Source: Nymphaea colorata (taxonomy: Eukaryota). From it: 64,000 nt of DNA. The notes beneath the pieces are model-generated. The model had not been told where the DNA came from and ran no database searches. It worked only from the letters and a program-made list of their open reading frames with translations. The position numbers were made by a program, and so were the translations under genes. This document shows, piece after piece, positions 12,190 to 32,011 of this stretch; the first letter of the stretch is position 1, and each line of letters starts with the position of its first letter. The stretch covers positions 28,706,001 through 28,770,000 of the forward strand of contig NC_045138.2 in NCBI RefSeq assembly GCF_008831285.2, written 5' to 3'.

Positions 12190-12827
12190 CTCCAGTTATT
12201 ATTGATTGTCCCTGTTCTTTCGTCCCAATCTTATCCGGAACACTATTTGAATAGAAGCTATGGACAACCTTTGCCTAGAGGCTAGAGGGGCTTCCCTCTC
12301 CATTTTTGTTTTCTCCATTTTTACGATAGGAGAAAGCTGGCACCTTGTCACAGGCATCATGAAGGCTGAATATTCATCATTTTATATGCACTCATAAAAT
12401 GATGAATATTGAGCCTTGTTACGCCTCGGTTTTAGGAAGTTGTTGTTATAAAATTTGTCATTCGAAGCTTAACAGCGTGAGCCGTATTAAAATCAGACTT
12501 TTACTGTCTCATCATATTTTTAAATAAAACATAAAAAAAAATTTGCAGGCCAGGCCGGCTTTGCTCCATGTTTATAAAACAGTGTTAAAAAATTTACCTT
12601 TGTGAACATAATATTGCCAATTAATAACTTAATATTGCCCTTTTTGGCTCGTATATTTGGCGCTTCATGATTGTGCTATGGCAGTGATTGGGAGCTAATG
12701 GTCTAGAAGAAGCCATGCCTGTGCAATGAAATAAATTTCCAGGAGATGTTGTGAGCTTCTCACGCCAGCGTCCGTTGCATTCTCTCTCTCTTTGGCATCA
12801 CAGAGAGCACGTCCTCTCTCTCTCTCC

Positions 12828-15800
12828 ATGTCCAACTCAGCGTGCTTGAATTGCATCGACCTTTCCGAACCAGACATTCATAAATCCGTCTCTCTTCTGA
12901 AACAGGTGCTCTCTACTTCTCTCTGTCTCTCTCTGAGATGCCATCTTCTTTTTTCTCGTATCTTTTTTGTGATATGATTATTTGGCGCAGGCATGCGAGG
13001 ACTCGGGGTTCTTCTACGTGGTGAACCACGGGATCAGCCAGGAGCTGGTGGACGAGGTCCTCGCCCAGAGCAAGAGGTTCTTCGACCTCCCACTTAAGGA
13101 GAAGATGAAGCTCTTGAGGAATAAGAAGCACAAGGGTTACACTCCTATCTTGGATGAGACTCTCGACCCTGACAATCAAGTTCATGGTGGTTTCCCCCCA
13201 ACCCATCGGTGATTCACATGATTTCAAGTTTTCTTATGTGGGGTTTGGTTCAATAGGGGATTGCAAGGAGGGCTACTACATCGGCGTCGAGGTTCCCGAG
13301 GACGACCCCCGTTCCCAGAAGCCATTCTTTGGCTCAAACCGTTGGCCTTCTTCAGGTAATCCATAGACGTAGGAGATTTACTGCATAGTTCGTTGAGTTT
13401 TTGACAGTCGATGGGTTTCAGTTTCTTTGTTGCAGTCTCAAGTCCCGTTAACTAAGTGAGGTCTAGATTGAATTTGAACCTGGCTAGTTTAATTTAATAG
13501 AGAATCTTTACCCTGTCTTCTGCTTCTTTTCAAATAGAACTTTCACCTTCTCCTTCTTGACACAACTGAGATGGATATATTCGTTGTCCAGGTAGCAATT
13601 TAGTATTTTCCCGCCTCATACTTTTCATTGCCTGTGAAAGTACAGATTTCATTGCCTGTGAAAGTACAGATAGTTATATGCTCCATCTGCAATCATGTAC
13701 GACCTACTAGTCCTTCCCCCCTTGCTTTATGAGAGAGTTAGAAAAGCAGACTCTAATGGTGGGACCCGCTAATGAAGACGTTATAAAGTAGAGGTATTCC
13801 AAACTGAGCTTTTCAAGTAGCAGGTAGAAATTCGAAAGGGCGCTACTCACTTGGTCCATTGATTAAGTGGTCAGACTTTCAAGTGATAGATCATGCTTCC
13901 GAATCTGACCACGTTCTGAAAAGGACAGGAGATTGGTTTTTTCAGTTTCCTCCTGTGGGCTCCCAGAATAAAGTACTGGCTAAATTCTTAGGGAATATGA
14001 GCAAGTCTGAGGGCTGTCTCATAGTTGTCTCTGCAGCCCTTGTACTTATTTTCATAAGAATGGTTGCTTTATACTCACGCCATAGATCTCCCCACAAGTT
14101 CCAAGACATCCAATAATCTGCCAAATATATGTTACACTATAATCAACAAGTAGGAAATGTTCACATTTCATCTTGGACGAGGATGAGATGGGTTGTAGTT
14201 CTCGATGTTAAATTGGATTGGACCTTTTTCTATTTAAGCTATGTTGTGTTTTCTTCTCAAATTCTCTTCATTTAACGTGTTCAACTTTCACATCTTTGTT
14301 GACATGTACGAAGTAACATATGTCGGGTTTATGAGGATAACTTACTGACTTGGATTATATTGTCTGAAGATGTACTGCCAGGCTGGAGAGACACCATGCT
14401 TAAGTATCATGAAGAGGCACTGTAAAAATTCTCACCCTCACATGTTATAGACCTGTATTTGATATTCACTTGTCCTTTCCTCTTATCTTAATTGTGTCCT
14501 CAGAAACAAGTTTTTCTGCACTTCCCAACCACTGAACTTATCTTTGACAATTTTATTTGCTTGCTTCAATCATATGTATCTCATGTAGATTTCCTTTTTG
14601 CCTTCAGTGAGGTGGTTAAGTCAATTTCTAAGATTATTGCTCTGGCTCTTGATCTCAATGCTGAGTTCTTTATCAAGCCAGAAATTCTTGGAGAACCCAT
14701 TGCAACTTTGCGACTTATACATTATTCAGGTGTTTAGCAATTTGAACATCATAACTTCATTGTGTTTTTTCCTGTATGTATATGAATCACCATGATCAGC
14801 CTTTTCAGTGTTTCCAGATGAAGTATCTAATCCAGAAAAGGGAATATATGGAGCTGGAGCACATTCTGATTATGGTTTGATCACACTTTTGTTAACAGAT
14901 GAAGTATTGGGTCTCCAAGTAAGATATGCTTGATTTTAGTTTCCAGTTGGACTGATTTACTTCTCGTTGTTGATGCTAGCTTCTTACACTTTTGGTCTGT
15001 GCCAGATATGCAAAGATAAGGATGCACAAACTCAGGTTTGGGAATATGTGCCTCCAATGAAGGGGTGAGCACACTGTTATGGAAGTTGTAGATACTAATA
15101 CGGCTATAGAAATTAGAAAGTTTTGTGGATGTGTGTTGGTTGCTGACCATTCTTGTAGTGGCATGCTGTTGATGCATTGGTTTTGGCACGCATAGCTTGA
15201 CAGTATTATTTGCTGGTGAGAATATGTACATTGGGATGCAATTCTACCACCCTACCATAGAAAAGACGACCATATCATGATGAACTATCATATTCAAACT
15301 TGTGCAAGGCCTAATATGCATACAACATGTGGGACAACAACTCTCTCTCTCTCTCTCTCTCAGTCTCTCAGATCCTGAAACTTTGAATTAAGTGCTCTAT
15401 CATTATCAATTACAGTGTCAAAAGAGAACCAAGCTGAAACATAGTTTGGATTGCAATTAAAAGTGGCATGATAACTTTGAGCGCATGTGAGACATACTCT
15501 TTTTTTTCCTCTTTGTGTTTTCCAAGATAGCAACAAGCAAGAAATCAGCCGATTTGTGCTTCTTTTATCAACATTTCTACAGAAAATTTTGGTCATGGGT
15601 TCAACTTTCAAACATAAAACATGCTGCATGGCCATCAGTTTTCTTTTAGGCCTTATTCATTTTATTTATGCAAATTTAAAATTCTGTCCTACTTGTTAAG
15701 GCATTAATATGAATTGTCTCTGTCACACATCATATGTGTGAGGATGACCTAAAAGTAAGACAGCGAGAAATCTTCAACGGTTTATATACCTGTGTGTTAT

Positions 15801-18800
15801 ACTATCAATGGCCATGTTCATAGCCTTTTCCGGTATGAGCTGGAATCAGCTATGGGAAGGGTTTGGAATCTTTGGATCTGCTACATCAGGCACTCGGGTG
15901 AGGTCAATAGAATTTGTGGCAGAATCAGGTTTTGCTCAAATATGAGGTCTTGCACGTGCAGATGCATGCCTCAAGGGAGATGGATTATGACACCCCTTAC
16001 ATGTGAGGAAGACTTTAAAATAATCCTATATTGAACGTTTTTAGAAATCTTTAGGAAATATACCCATGTCATACTATCAGTTATTTTTATAAATCTTTAG
16101 GAGATATACCCATGTCTTACTATTGGTTATCCTGGTTTATGGTCTTTTTTATGCACAATTCTAAGGCAGCTATCGAACAGGTTGGAATCGGTCAGACCAG
16201 ACACTAGGGAGTGTATTGGACTGGGTTGTTACAATAGCTGCTGTTAGGGAACATGGTTTCTTTTGTTACTTGATCTATTTTTATTTTTTCAATGGAGTTG
16301 ACTGCACCAGTCTGTTTATAGAATTGACTGATAATGTTCACATTCAGTATTGACTTATATTCTGTGTGAAATCCAGTCTGATCTTGTGAAATTATCAGGG
16401 CGTTTATTGTAAACCTCGGTGACATGCTTGAGCGGTGGAGCAATTGTATCTTCAGGTATTCCTCCGAAGTATGCAAACAAAGGCATGATGTTTTTTTTTT
16501 CCCTCTTACATCTTAAAATGAGGCATCCTCTTATCTGGTACCTAGTTTAGGGGGAGACAAGTTGGATAATTACCTGTCCAAGAGTTATGCCTCACTTTGT
16601 TGCAAAAAGCATGTCATTACTTCATGGTAGATTAGAAGTGGCAACTATCTTTAACGTTGATGATAAGATCTGCCATACAACCAAGACTATTTGAAGTCCC
16701 TTGTTCTTGAGTAGGATAACTTCTGTTTTTGACAACCCTGACTGTGTTGCTCACATCTAATCTAAAAGATAATATAGTACAAAAGAAAATGAACACCAAG
16801 GATACTCGATCTCAGTTTTTTACAAGAAACAGATGTGAAACATTGGGGATTATGATGGAGGATTGAAACTGCATGGCCTTCTTGTGGTGGTTTTATTTGT
16901 TTATTTTCCTTGAGTATCTTTGGCAGTCAACATCATGTATTCCTTATACATTTGTTTGATATATTCAAAGAAAACTTTCTAAAAGGTTAACCATATCAGT
17001 GCAACTTTCCATGTGGATTTCGATATTCTTGTGAATTTCCTATAACTGCTCTGTTTCTTGGATTAAGATAGATAGTTGCAACTTAATGCAAGGATGGTTC
17101 TCTGGTACATAGTCAACATTGTGCTGTTTACCAAATCCATAAACATGCTGGAACAAGGCAGGAGATAGGCCTACCTTGGTTTCATACATTGACTTAAAAA
17201 ACTTTAGACAGGATCAGCTTGGCATGATTCTAAGCTGGACCAGCAGTCAGTCTAATGGTAGGTCAACCATGCTTGTGTCAAGTTATTCAAGACTGTGGTT
17301 TGGTCCTGCTAACCTGCAGTTAGCTACTTTCCCTATTCAGAAAATGGTCCTAGAACGTTATGCCTAGACAGACAAATTGAATGTTGTCTTCTTGAATGAG
17401 TAGGAGAATTGGCTTGCCCTGCTGATTTGCACCTCCACTGATCTTTTCTAGAGACTCTATTGAAAGGAGAGCTTTCCATTAACTACCACTCAGTTTTCAA
17501 GCCCTGCAGTTTAATCAAATTTGGTATTAGGACTGAAAGATCTTCTCATATTTTCCTTTCCTTTTTGCAGATCAACATTGCACCGGGTGATAGTTAATGG
17601 TCAGGAGCGCTATTCTGTAAGATGACATTTCTTTCTGCAGTTTATTTGACTGTAGCTAAATAATTCTGTTTGTTCAATAGAAGTCTTCTCAGAAAGCTTA
17701 GTTTGATTTAAGTGACTCGCTGTTCAAGACTATGTCATCAATTGCTTCTTCATGCAAATGCTCCCAATGCCCACTTTGGACTGCTAGTCCCTTGGTAAGC
17801 ATGTAAGAGGAATTTAACCAATTGGTGTGGTCCATGATTCCCTTGCTTTTTTCCTCCCGTGGAATCTACACTTTTGCTGGGAAAAGTTTGCAGCTACTAT
17901 GATGTGCTTGACAGGTTGAAAAATTTGGTTAAAATCTCCCGGTTAATGAGTAACAGGCGGGGTTCATTTTATATTCTGAATCCATTTAAAGCATCAAAGT
18001 AGCTGTCGTATCAGAAATAGTATATGTAACGTAGTCATTTAGACAAGAAAATTCTCGCAATAATGTCATCTTGGAGCCAGGTAGAAAGCTCATCATTCTT
18101 AATTCCATATGGATGTAGCTTTAGGAATTAAGATGAATGCTATTTGTTCTACAATTATTTGTGGCTTTGGTAATATGTACGAGATGGTTTCTTGAAGAAA
18201 CATTTCTTGAAAAGCACTTCTAAATATATAAGAGAAATAACATTCACAAATTGGATTATTTTGACAGGTAGCTTTTTTTGTGGAGCCAAACCATGAATGT
18301 GTTGTGGAGTGCCTACCGACGTGCAAGTCAGCAGCCAACCCCCCAAAGTATGTCTCTGATCTTTTCCAAACCAAGCATTTCATTATGCAGATAATCATGG
18401 CTGTCTCCATGTATGGCCTATTTCATCAATTATCTGCTCTCCTTCTCTTTCTTTCTCTCTCATGCATTTGCATGAACTAGTAGTTGATAATGCAAAGAAG
18501 TTTCTAATCTAAAATTATCAAATCATTGTTTGAGAAGCAGTAGTAAACCTTGAAATATTTGTCTTATTCATAAAAATGTGCATTTTTCTAGATAATCAGT
18601 TATGCCCACGTTGCTTCCAAGTGATTCTTCGGTTATATGTGCTTGTTGAAAGAAAGAACACAAAAGAAAACTTGCAAACTGTTGCATCCCTTTGCTAGTC
18701 AGGTCTACTCCTTTCTTAAATGTGTGGATCATCACTCATAATGTTCAGGTTAGGTCATTCACGGTTGCCAATTGGAATGAAGTTCCTTCCTTGCTTCTTC

Positions 18801-19599
18801 TTCTGCACATTTAACGTGATTTGCTATGACTGCTCTTGGTTGGAATATTGTCCATCAGTCTTCTGGATCTTTGGCTTGTTTACAGTGGTTTCTCTTTAGC
18901 AGGTTCCCTCCTGTCACATGCAGTGCATACCTGTCTCAGCGGTACAAGGAGACTTATGCCGATCTAAGTGTCCACAGTGAAAATCGAGTGTAGTTGGTCT
19001 TGATTCGAGGCGCTCTTGTCGTGGACCTTTTTTCCTGCAGTTATATACATGGATGTACTGAAATAAGCGCTGCTTGGCAAACGGCTAAGTTTATTCGTAT
19101 ACGTACGTGCATAGTTTAATAGATCTAGCTTCTAAAATTATCAAATCATTGTTTGAGAAGCAGTCGTAAACCTTGAAATGTGCATTTTCCTAGATAATCA
19201 GTTTGCCCACGTTGCTTCCAAGTGATCCTTCGGTTATATGTGCTTTTGAAAGAAAGAACACAAAAAAGAAAACCTGCAAACCTGTTGCGTCCCTTTGCTA
19301 ATCAGGTCTACTCCTTTCTTAAATGTGTGGATTATCACTCATAATGTCCACCAGGTTAGGTCATTCACGGTTGCCAATTGGAATGAAGTTCCTTCCTTGC
19401 TTCTTCTTCTGCACATTTAACGTGATCTGCTATGACTGCTCTTGGTTGGAATATTTTCCATCACTCTTCTGGATCTTTGGCTTGTTTACAGTGGTTTCTC
19501 TTTATCAGGTTCCCTCCCGTCACATGCAGTGCATACCTGTCTCAGCGGTACAAGGAGACTCATGCCGATCTAAGTGTCTACAGTGGAAATGGAGTGTAG
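12828..19599 (+). CDS. 2-oxoglutarate/Fe(II)-dependent dioxygenase (DIOX_N + 2OG-FeII_Oxy), 11 coding exons, with two alternative terminal exons
   Basis: GT-AG exons: 12828-12905, 12991-13186, 13257-13355, 14370-14421, 14608-14729, 14818-14918, 15006-15064, 16399-16455, 17571-17616, 18268-18347, then 18903-18993 or 19509-19599. Motifs: ACEDSGFFYVVNHGI, GAHSDYG (HxD), FIVNLGDMLERWSN, STLHRV (distal His), RYS (RxS). Frame continuous. Confidence 0.93.
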
Positions 19600-19738
19600 T
19601 TGGTCTTGATTCGAGGCGCTCTTGTCGTGGACCTTTTTTCTTGCAGTTGTATACATGGATGTACTGAAATAAGCTCTGCTTGGCAAACGGCTAAGTTTAT
19701 TCGTATACGTACGTGCATAGTTTAATAAATCTTACTTC
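18508..19738 (+). repeat. Tandem duplication of ~610-620 bp covering the end of intron 10, the last exon and the 3' UTR start of the dioxygenase
   Basis: Copy 1 ~18508-19132 and copy 2 ~19131-19738 both begin TCTAAAATTATCAAATCATTGTTTGAGAAGCAG and end TCGTATACGTACGTGCATAGTTTAATA. Highly similar, with scattered SNPs and indels. Confidence 0.95.
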
Positions 19739-20633
19739 CACCAATTTCTGCTCGCACGCCTGAATGTGTTGTCCTAAAATTGAATGGTTCGTTAACCTTT
19801 TCTTTTTTCTTTTTTTTGGTTATCGATCCAATTCCACATTTCGCTCTTAGTTAACCCAGCTAGAGGTGATTGTTTGAGGCCTTGGACAGGTAATATTAAA
19901 TCTATCCTAGCGTTTTCTTTTTTAAAGAAAATGAAGTGCATGGCCTGGTGCAGTCTGAACAACTCTGCAAATGCATGTATTGAGAGAAGGGCTTGCTGGG
20001 CTTCCTTCTAGACGGGGACTGAAGCATTAGGCTGACCATTGAAGATTTCTTACCAACCTTGGAATGCTCTTCAACTTGGTTCGTATGGCCGGCGCCTTGT
20101 TCACCAGGAGAACTTGTCGAGTCGAATCGATTTTTGCTTGTGAGAGAGTCAAGTAATGCGCTTTGCATTTCCTTCATTGAACTCAGCTTACCCCAAGAAA
20201 ACCTTGTTTCAGGTGGTGAAAAGAAGTTGAAAATTCTAAATCAGCCACCTGAAGGCTCGGAGGGAATTCTAGATCAATAATCAAGGCTCGAAGGAAAGCT
20301 CAGTCTCAACTAGATAAATGTGAAACAGCTAAAAAATTGGACGAAATATGCTCTCTTTGATGTGCAATAGGAAACTTTAGTATTATTTTTTGATAAACAA
20401 AAGGTATACCGTACATTATTCTTCCCTCCAACTCCAACAGACACCGGTCCAACGCAAACCTAAAAGACCCGAAGCCTACCGCTCCCGAGTCTTAACCTGA
20501 AGAAAGAGAAAAAAAAAAACACTTGTCCTCTGAACTGCTCAAAGTACACGCTTAAATAAACGCCCTTCGTACTACAAAACCAAACAGTTATCCTTTCCCA
20601 GCCCATTTGGATGAGACCCTCTTCTTGTTTCGC

Positions 20634-26966
<6,333 letters not shown>

Positions 26967-27174
26967 GATGGAGAAGAGTCGTCGAGTCGACTTGTCGTCT
27001 CGACGCCTCTCTCCTTTCCCAAAAGGGGGACGCGGTGGCGGGCGGCCGGCGGGACCGACGGCTCCTCCTCTCCCTTCCCCGCTCTCTCTCTCTCTCTCTC
27101 TCTCTCTCCGCGAGTTGTGGACAAAAAGTGAGAAAAAACGACGAAAGAAGTCCGGTCTCCGGCCGCCCCCTCCC

Positions 27175-27183
27175 CTTTATAGG
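27175..27183 (-). promoter_or_regulatory. TATA box upstream of NADP-ME exon 1
   Basis: CCTATAAAG on the minus strand, ~210 nt upstream of ATG 26966, followed by a GA-repeat leader. Confidence 0.55.
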
Positions 27184-30100
27184 TGTCCGAAGGGGTATTC
27201 ACATCTACCGAAAAGCCCACATTGTTTCCGGTCAAGGACAAAAGGGGGTCCGTATTTTTAGGAGAAAAACGAATGGTTGGTGACCAGGGGCACCAGTAGG
27301 TCGCTCTGTAGGCTTTCTCCTACACTTCGGTCATGTTTACAGGCAAACCACTTAGGTTATTAGTTATTTACCTGGATCCACTTGATTTTTTACTAATTAC
27401 TTTCATCGCCGTTTTTTCGCCTCAATTTTCCCTTTTCCACGAAAAGCAAGGTTTGGCTTTCGGATCACCCTTTTAGCTGTGCATCTTGAAAGCGAAGTGC
27501 ACAATGAAAGGGGCGACTTTGCTGAAAGCTGCCCAACTTAATAACAGCAAGCTTCTGAGGTCCTCATAAAATGGATTTTATGAAAATAAATAACTAAATA
27601 AAATATGCTCAAAGCATATGCTTAGTTGTGGCTTCTTAAAAACAATAAATGGACGGGCTCGCAACAATAACATATTGTTATAGTTCCCAGATCACCACTG
27701 AGGATTTAAATATCTTTAGTGACACTCTATGCAGGCTAAGCTTTAAGTTTACAATCTAAAATTTAAAGGTACGTTTACTAACTTTGTCGCGCCAGGATTA
27801 TACATTTAATTTCAATTGCAATAACTTTACAAGAAAAGAAATAAGAAACGTATAAGAAGAATATTATGTTTCTTGGAAGATGTATTGTTAACAAACATGA
27901 TCTACGTTCTACTATAATTATAGATGTTTTCAGATTCATCAACCAAAAGTTGGGCATAATCATATTATATCTTCTAAGACAAAAACATTTAGTTGTTTGA
28001 TCAAGAAAACAATGTTCTTCTTATAAAATGTTCTCTCAAAAAGAGGGAGCATGAAAGTTTTTGAGTGGCTTTTGTCAATTTTTTGATATGCTTACCGAGT
28101 GGGTGACGTGAGAGGGCAACAGTCGAGCCTTCCCCAGATGGCGCAAGGGCTTTGAAATGACTGGAATACCCTCTGTATTTAATCTTGTCCTACATTATTA
28201 TTTTAGTGACCAACATTTGGATCCTTGCTTTTTTTTATTAACTTTTCTCCCCCGGAAGGCAAGCTGAGTTCGACAGAAGAAACCTTACCGGTTCATTGAT
28301 CAAGAGATGCGGTAGATTATACAATTGCAACAGGTAAACCCAGATTGCGTCCCCAATTTAATCGTTTATAGATCCTCCTAGCCTCTTTATTGTGTAACAA
28401 ATTCTAAACATGTTATATTGACAGCCTAAATCACATGGGTAAGTAAGGTCTACTTATCCATGTCGTCATGTTCGCACGCACGGTAAAAACGAGTACTTGA
28501 ATACATTTGGGTACCTTTTAAAACGAAACTGATGTAAATTATTGATTTTATTTGATTTAGCATGTTTTTAACTTAGTTTTTATTACATTTTTGCAAATGT
28601 ACTGTTCAAAACATGTGTGTGTACATATATATAGACACACGGTTTGTTATACCCCTAATACTTACAATTTTTTAAAATTGTCATGTCCATAATACATGTA
28701 TGTTCATATCCATACCTGAATCTACTTAGTTTATAGCAAAAATTTTTCACTACTTTATGAACAAGTTGATTGGCATGCAACTTTCACACACAAACATAGT
28801 TGCAAGAACACACACACACATGCAAGAAAGTTTCAAAGGCTTTTAGTTCATTCTATTATGAAACACAAGTCTGGTTTAACCAATGCAATTATGACTCAAT
28901 AGGGAGGTGGTGCGGGTTCAGGCTGACCGATAGGATGAAAATAATATACTAATTGACGTGCATTGCATTGAAAGTTTTCTATCAAACACTTAGCGGCATG
29001 CCTCTGTAACACCTCATAAGTTTAGTTTTGTATCGCTCATGAGTGGGTCGAATTGTTATAGCTTCTGCTTAAAAAATGATTACTTTGAACCTACATAACG
29101 CACTTTTCATATTAAAATAGCTTTTGCGGCTTCTTAAAAATAAAATAATAATTTAGAATAGAATCAAAATTTGTTGCAATATGAGCTATTAGTTTTTCAT
29201 TATTTAATTACACTTATTAAAGCTGTTTATTAACTAATTTGGAGTAGGCCACTTCGGGAGTCTCCTGGGTAAAATGGTCCTGGAGAGAGTTGAAAGCCGT
29301 TTCTGTGACTCGTGGGCGTTCCCGTAATTTACCTCATTGTGTAGAACCAATTGCTGACGTTCAGGTCCAATGTTTGGGGTGGGACCCACGGGCGACTGAA
29401 GCCCGTGGGACCCATCCTTACAAAGACGCGTAGCGGCGTCCGCACCCATGAAAGTTAAGTGGGCCCCACGCCGAAGGAAATTTGAGTCTCCGAATGGGGT
29501 CCATATCCAATGTCTAGTTCAACGCGGCCGGAAAACCAAATCATCTAACCTGGAGTGGAGATCCAGAATGCACGTAAACATCGGGCTTGGGAATGAGTCG
29601 GATCCAGATCCAGTTCTTAGTTGAATTCATTCAATTAGGAGATATTTGATGGTTTCATATTAAGATCCAAACTTAACACGAGACGTTTCATAGTGACAGA
29701 GCCACACAATGGTTGGTACACAACATTCTCTTAAAATTTCTTTTTATATATATATATATATATATCAGATAAAAACGAGTGCGCCTTCAACCAATTTTTT
29801 TTGTTTTGCCACTAACTTCATAAAGAGAAATCTAAGGTTCATACTCATTAAAACCCTAATATTAAGAAAAGGGTTTCCTAATCTTTTTTAGGGTAAAAAA
29901 AAAAATTCTTAGGTTGTGTTTGGAGGACGCTTTACATATAGAAGTTTTGGGAAATCAGATTCTATAAAATCCTCATGCTTATAACCAGTTTTTGAATCCT
30001 AGTCCCTTGTTGTTCACACTCTTTTCAAAACGTTGTTTTGACAAAATTTGTTTTTATCTATTTTGTTTTCTGCTGCCTGAAACAATTTTTTTTGTTTTGA

Positions 30101-30261
30101 TTTTTGTCTAGTTATAATTTTAGGACATAGCATAATTGGTTGAGCAAGCATACATATAAAAAGTACGTTGCTATTATATTTTTATAAATGCTATTCTTTT
30201 GAAAGACATTCAAATTAGCAATTATTTGGCCATATAAATAACCAACTAATTTCAATTTATC

Positions 30262-30304
<43 letters not shown>

Positions 30305-31368
30305 TTGGAGTGAATTAGGCGAAACATTAAAACATTATTTTAAAAGGAAATTGAAAAATATAAAATTTAGTAAAGAATACCAAACATTTAAAATATTTTT
30401 CAAAGCCTTGTGGACTTTACAACACCTTTCTGGTCAGGAACGAACCTAAGATCAACCAGAGTCTATCTTGTCGTCCTGAGAGCAACCAGGACCGAGTCCG
30501 GTCCACTTTCTCAGACTCTTCTTCTTGGGGATTCAGGCGACTCGCCTTCTCTTTCAAACACCTGTTCTTTGTATTTTGCTCTGTTTCTTTCCTTTTTGTA
30601 TATATATATATATATATATATATAGCGGCGGAAATGTGTGAATCAATATGACTTGAAATTATGAAGAAACGTGTCTTTGACAAGGCTTTGTCAAGTTCGT
30701 TCACCAAGGAATATGCCCATTTTTTTTCTTCATTGACAAAACAATATTATTAAAAATATACTTTTTTCCAAATTTTGTGGAAATATTTTATATAATAATA
30801 GGGGAACCTTCGGCCCCACTAAGTTGAAAGGTATTCTTATTCATTATCAAATTAGAGTTGCCAAGAAGTCACGTCCATTCCGAATCAATCCTTGCTGGAG
30901 GATATGCCTCCAACCCTTTTATTTAATCAAAAAATGAGAAAATGGCTATACAAATCATTCGGTTTTTAATTACAAATGTTTTAGCGTTTATGAATGCTTA
31001 GGACAAGTAATTAAGGTCTTTTCAAGCTGAACAAATTTGGAGTTAAATATCTAATTTTTACCATATTCAAGTTATAGGATGTTAATGTATTAAGAATCTG
31101 ATGCAAATGAAGGAAGGAAAGTAAATACCATATCCGAATTTGGTCTTTGAATTCTAAGTCCGATTCAAATCTAACTTTTAAACAGACAACTGATCCTGAA
31201 CCACTTTAAAGTAGAATATAAATCTCGATCTAATGCTATTTTTTAAATCTAAATCTAATCCAATGTTTTACTTGGATGTTAGATTTCTAATGTGTCCTAA
31301 TGTTCTAAAAAGGAGAAAATAATCTTGGTACTAATAAATATTGCTTTTCTTTTTTTTACTAACTTCTG

Positions 31369-31593
31369 TTTTTTTTTTTTTTTTTAATGGTGAGTGGTTC
31401 ATTTTACCCTCCTAAAAGATGTCACTGCCCCCCTCTTTGTACGTCTCTCTGGTTTCACATAGCATGTTTCGGGACTTTTTTCAGTCCAAAGGTAAAGCGT
31501 ACTAGAACGTGACAGTGACCACTTCAAAACTCGAACATGAGTACTTAGAGGACCCGAACCACCTTGCTGCCCACTACGCTACCACCCCTCGAG
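31369..31593 (-). mobile_element. Full-length tRNA-derived SINE (~225 bp) with poly(A) tail and 7-bp TSD
   Basis: Minus strand: A box TAGCGTAGTGG (31581-31571), B box GTTCGAGTT (31536-31528), A17 tail (T-run 31369-31385). AACTTCT flanks both ends (31361-31367 and 31594-31600). Confidence 0.75.
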
Positions 31594-31799
31594 AACTTCT
31601 ATCATGTTACATTTCCTTTCTTTTTTCATACTTTTCCAATATCACATATAATTAGAGAGAAGCGCATGGATCCATACTAGGACGATGAGGCGAGGGGCCC
31701 GCATGCCTGAGCAGACTCAAGAAGATAAAAGTATAAAACAAGTGAGACCAACATTGGAAGATTTTCTTCTAACCACATGCATCAAATATTTGAGTTATT

Positions 31800-31929
31800 T
31801 TTTCTTTCTTTCAGTAGTCCCTCCATTGCTGACGTTACTTCTACATTAATGGCCTACATTATGTTTCTCTTTCTTTCAATAGTCTCTCCATTGCTGACGT
31901 TACTTCTACATTAGTGGCCTACATTATGG
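31800..31929. repeat. Tandem duplication, 2 x ~64 bp
   Basis: TTTCTTTCA.TAGTC.CTCCATTGCTGACGTTACTTCTACATTA.TGGCCTACATTATG occurs twice. Confidence 0.85.
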
Positions 31930-32011
31930 CCAAAACCTCATATTTGAGGTATGACCTTAAATCCATAGATATGAAATTCTCATATATGTCAAATTGTCTT
32001 GTTTTTCATAT

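Noticed and set aside
13623..13670. 24-bp direct repeat (also short duplications at ~6770-6858, 16040-16130, 53014-53092, 53328-53416 and 57384-57436)
   Set aside because: Two-copy local slippage duplications without spacers; not CRISPR-like and no functional signal.
19323..19667. 114-aa Cys/Trp-rich ORF
   Set aside because: Alternative frame over intron and terminal-exon copy 2; the equivalent frame in copy 1 has stops.
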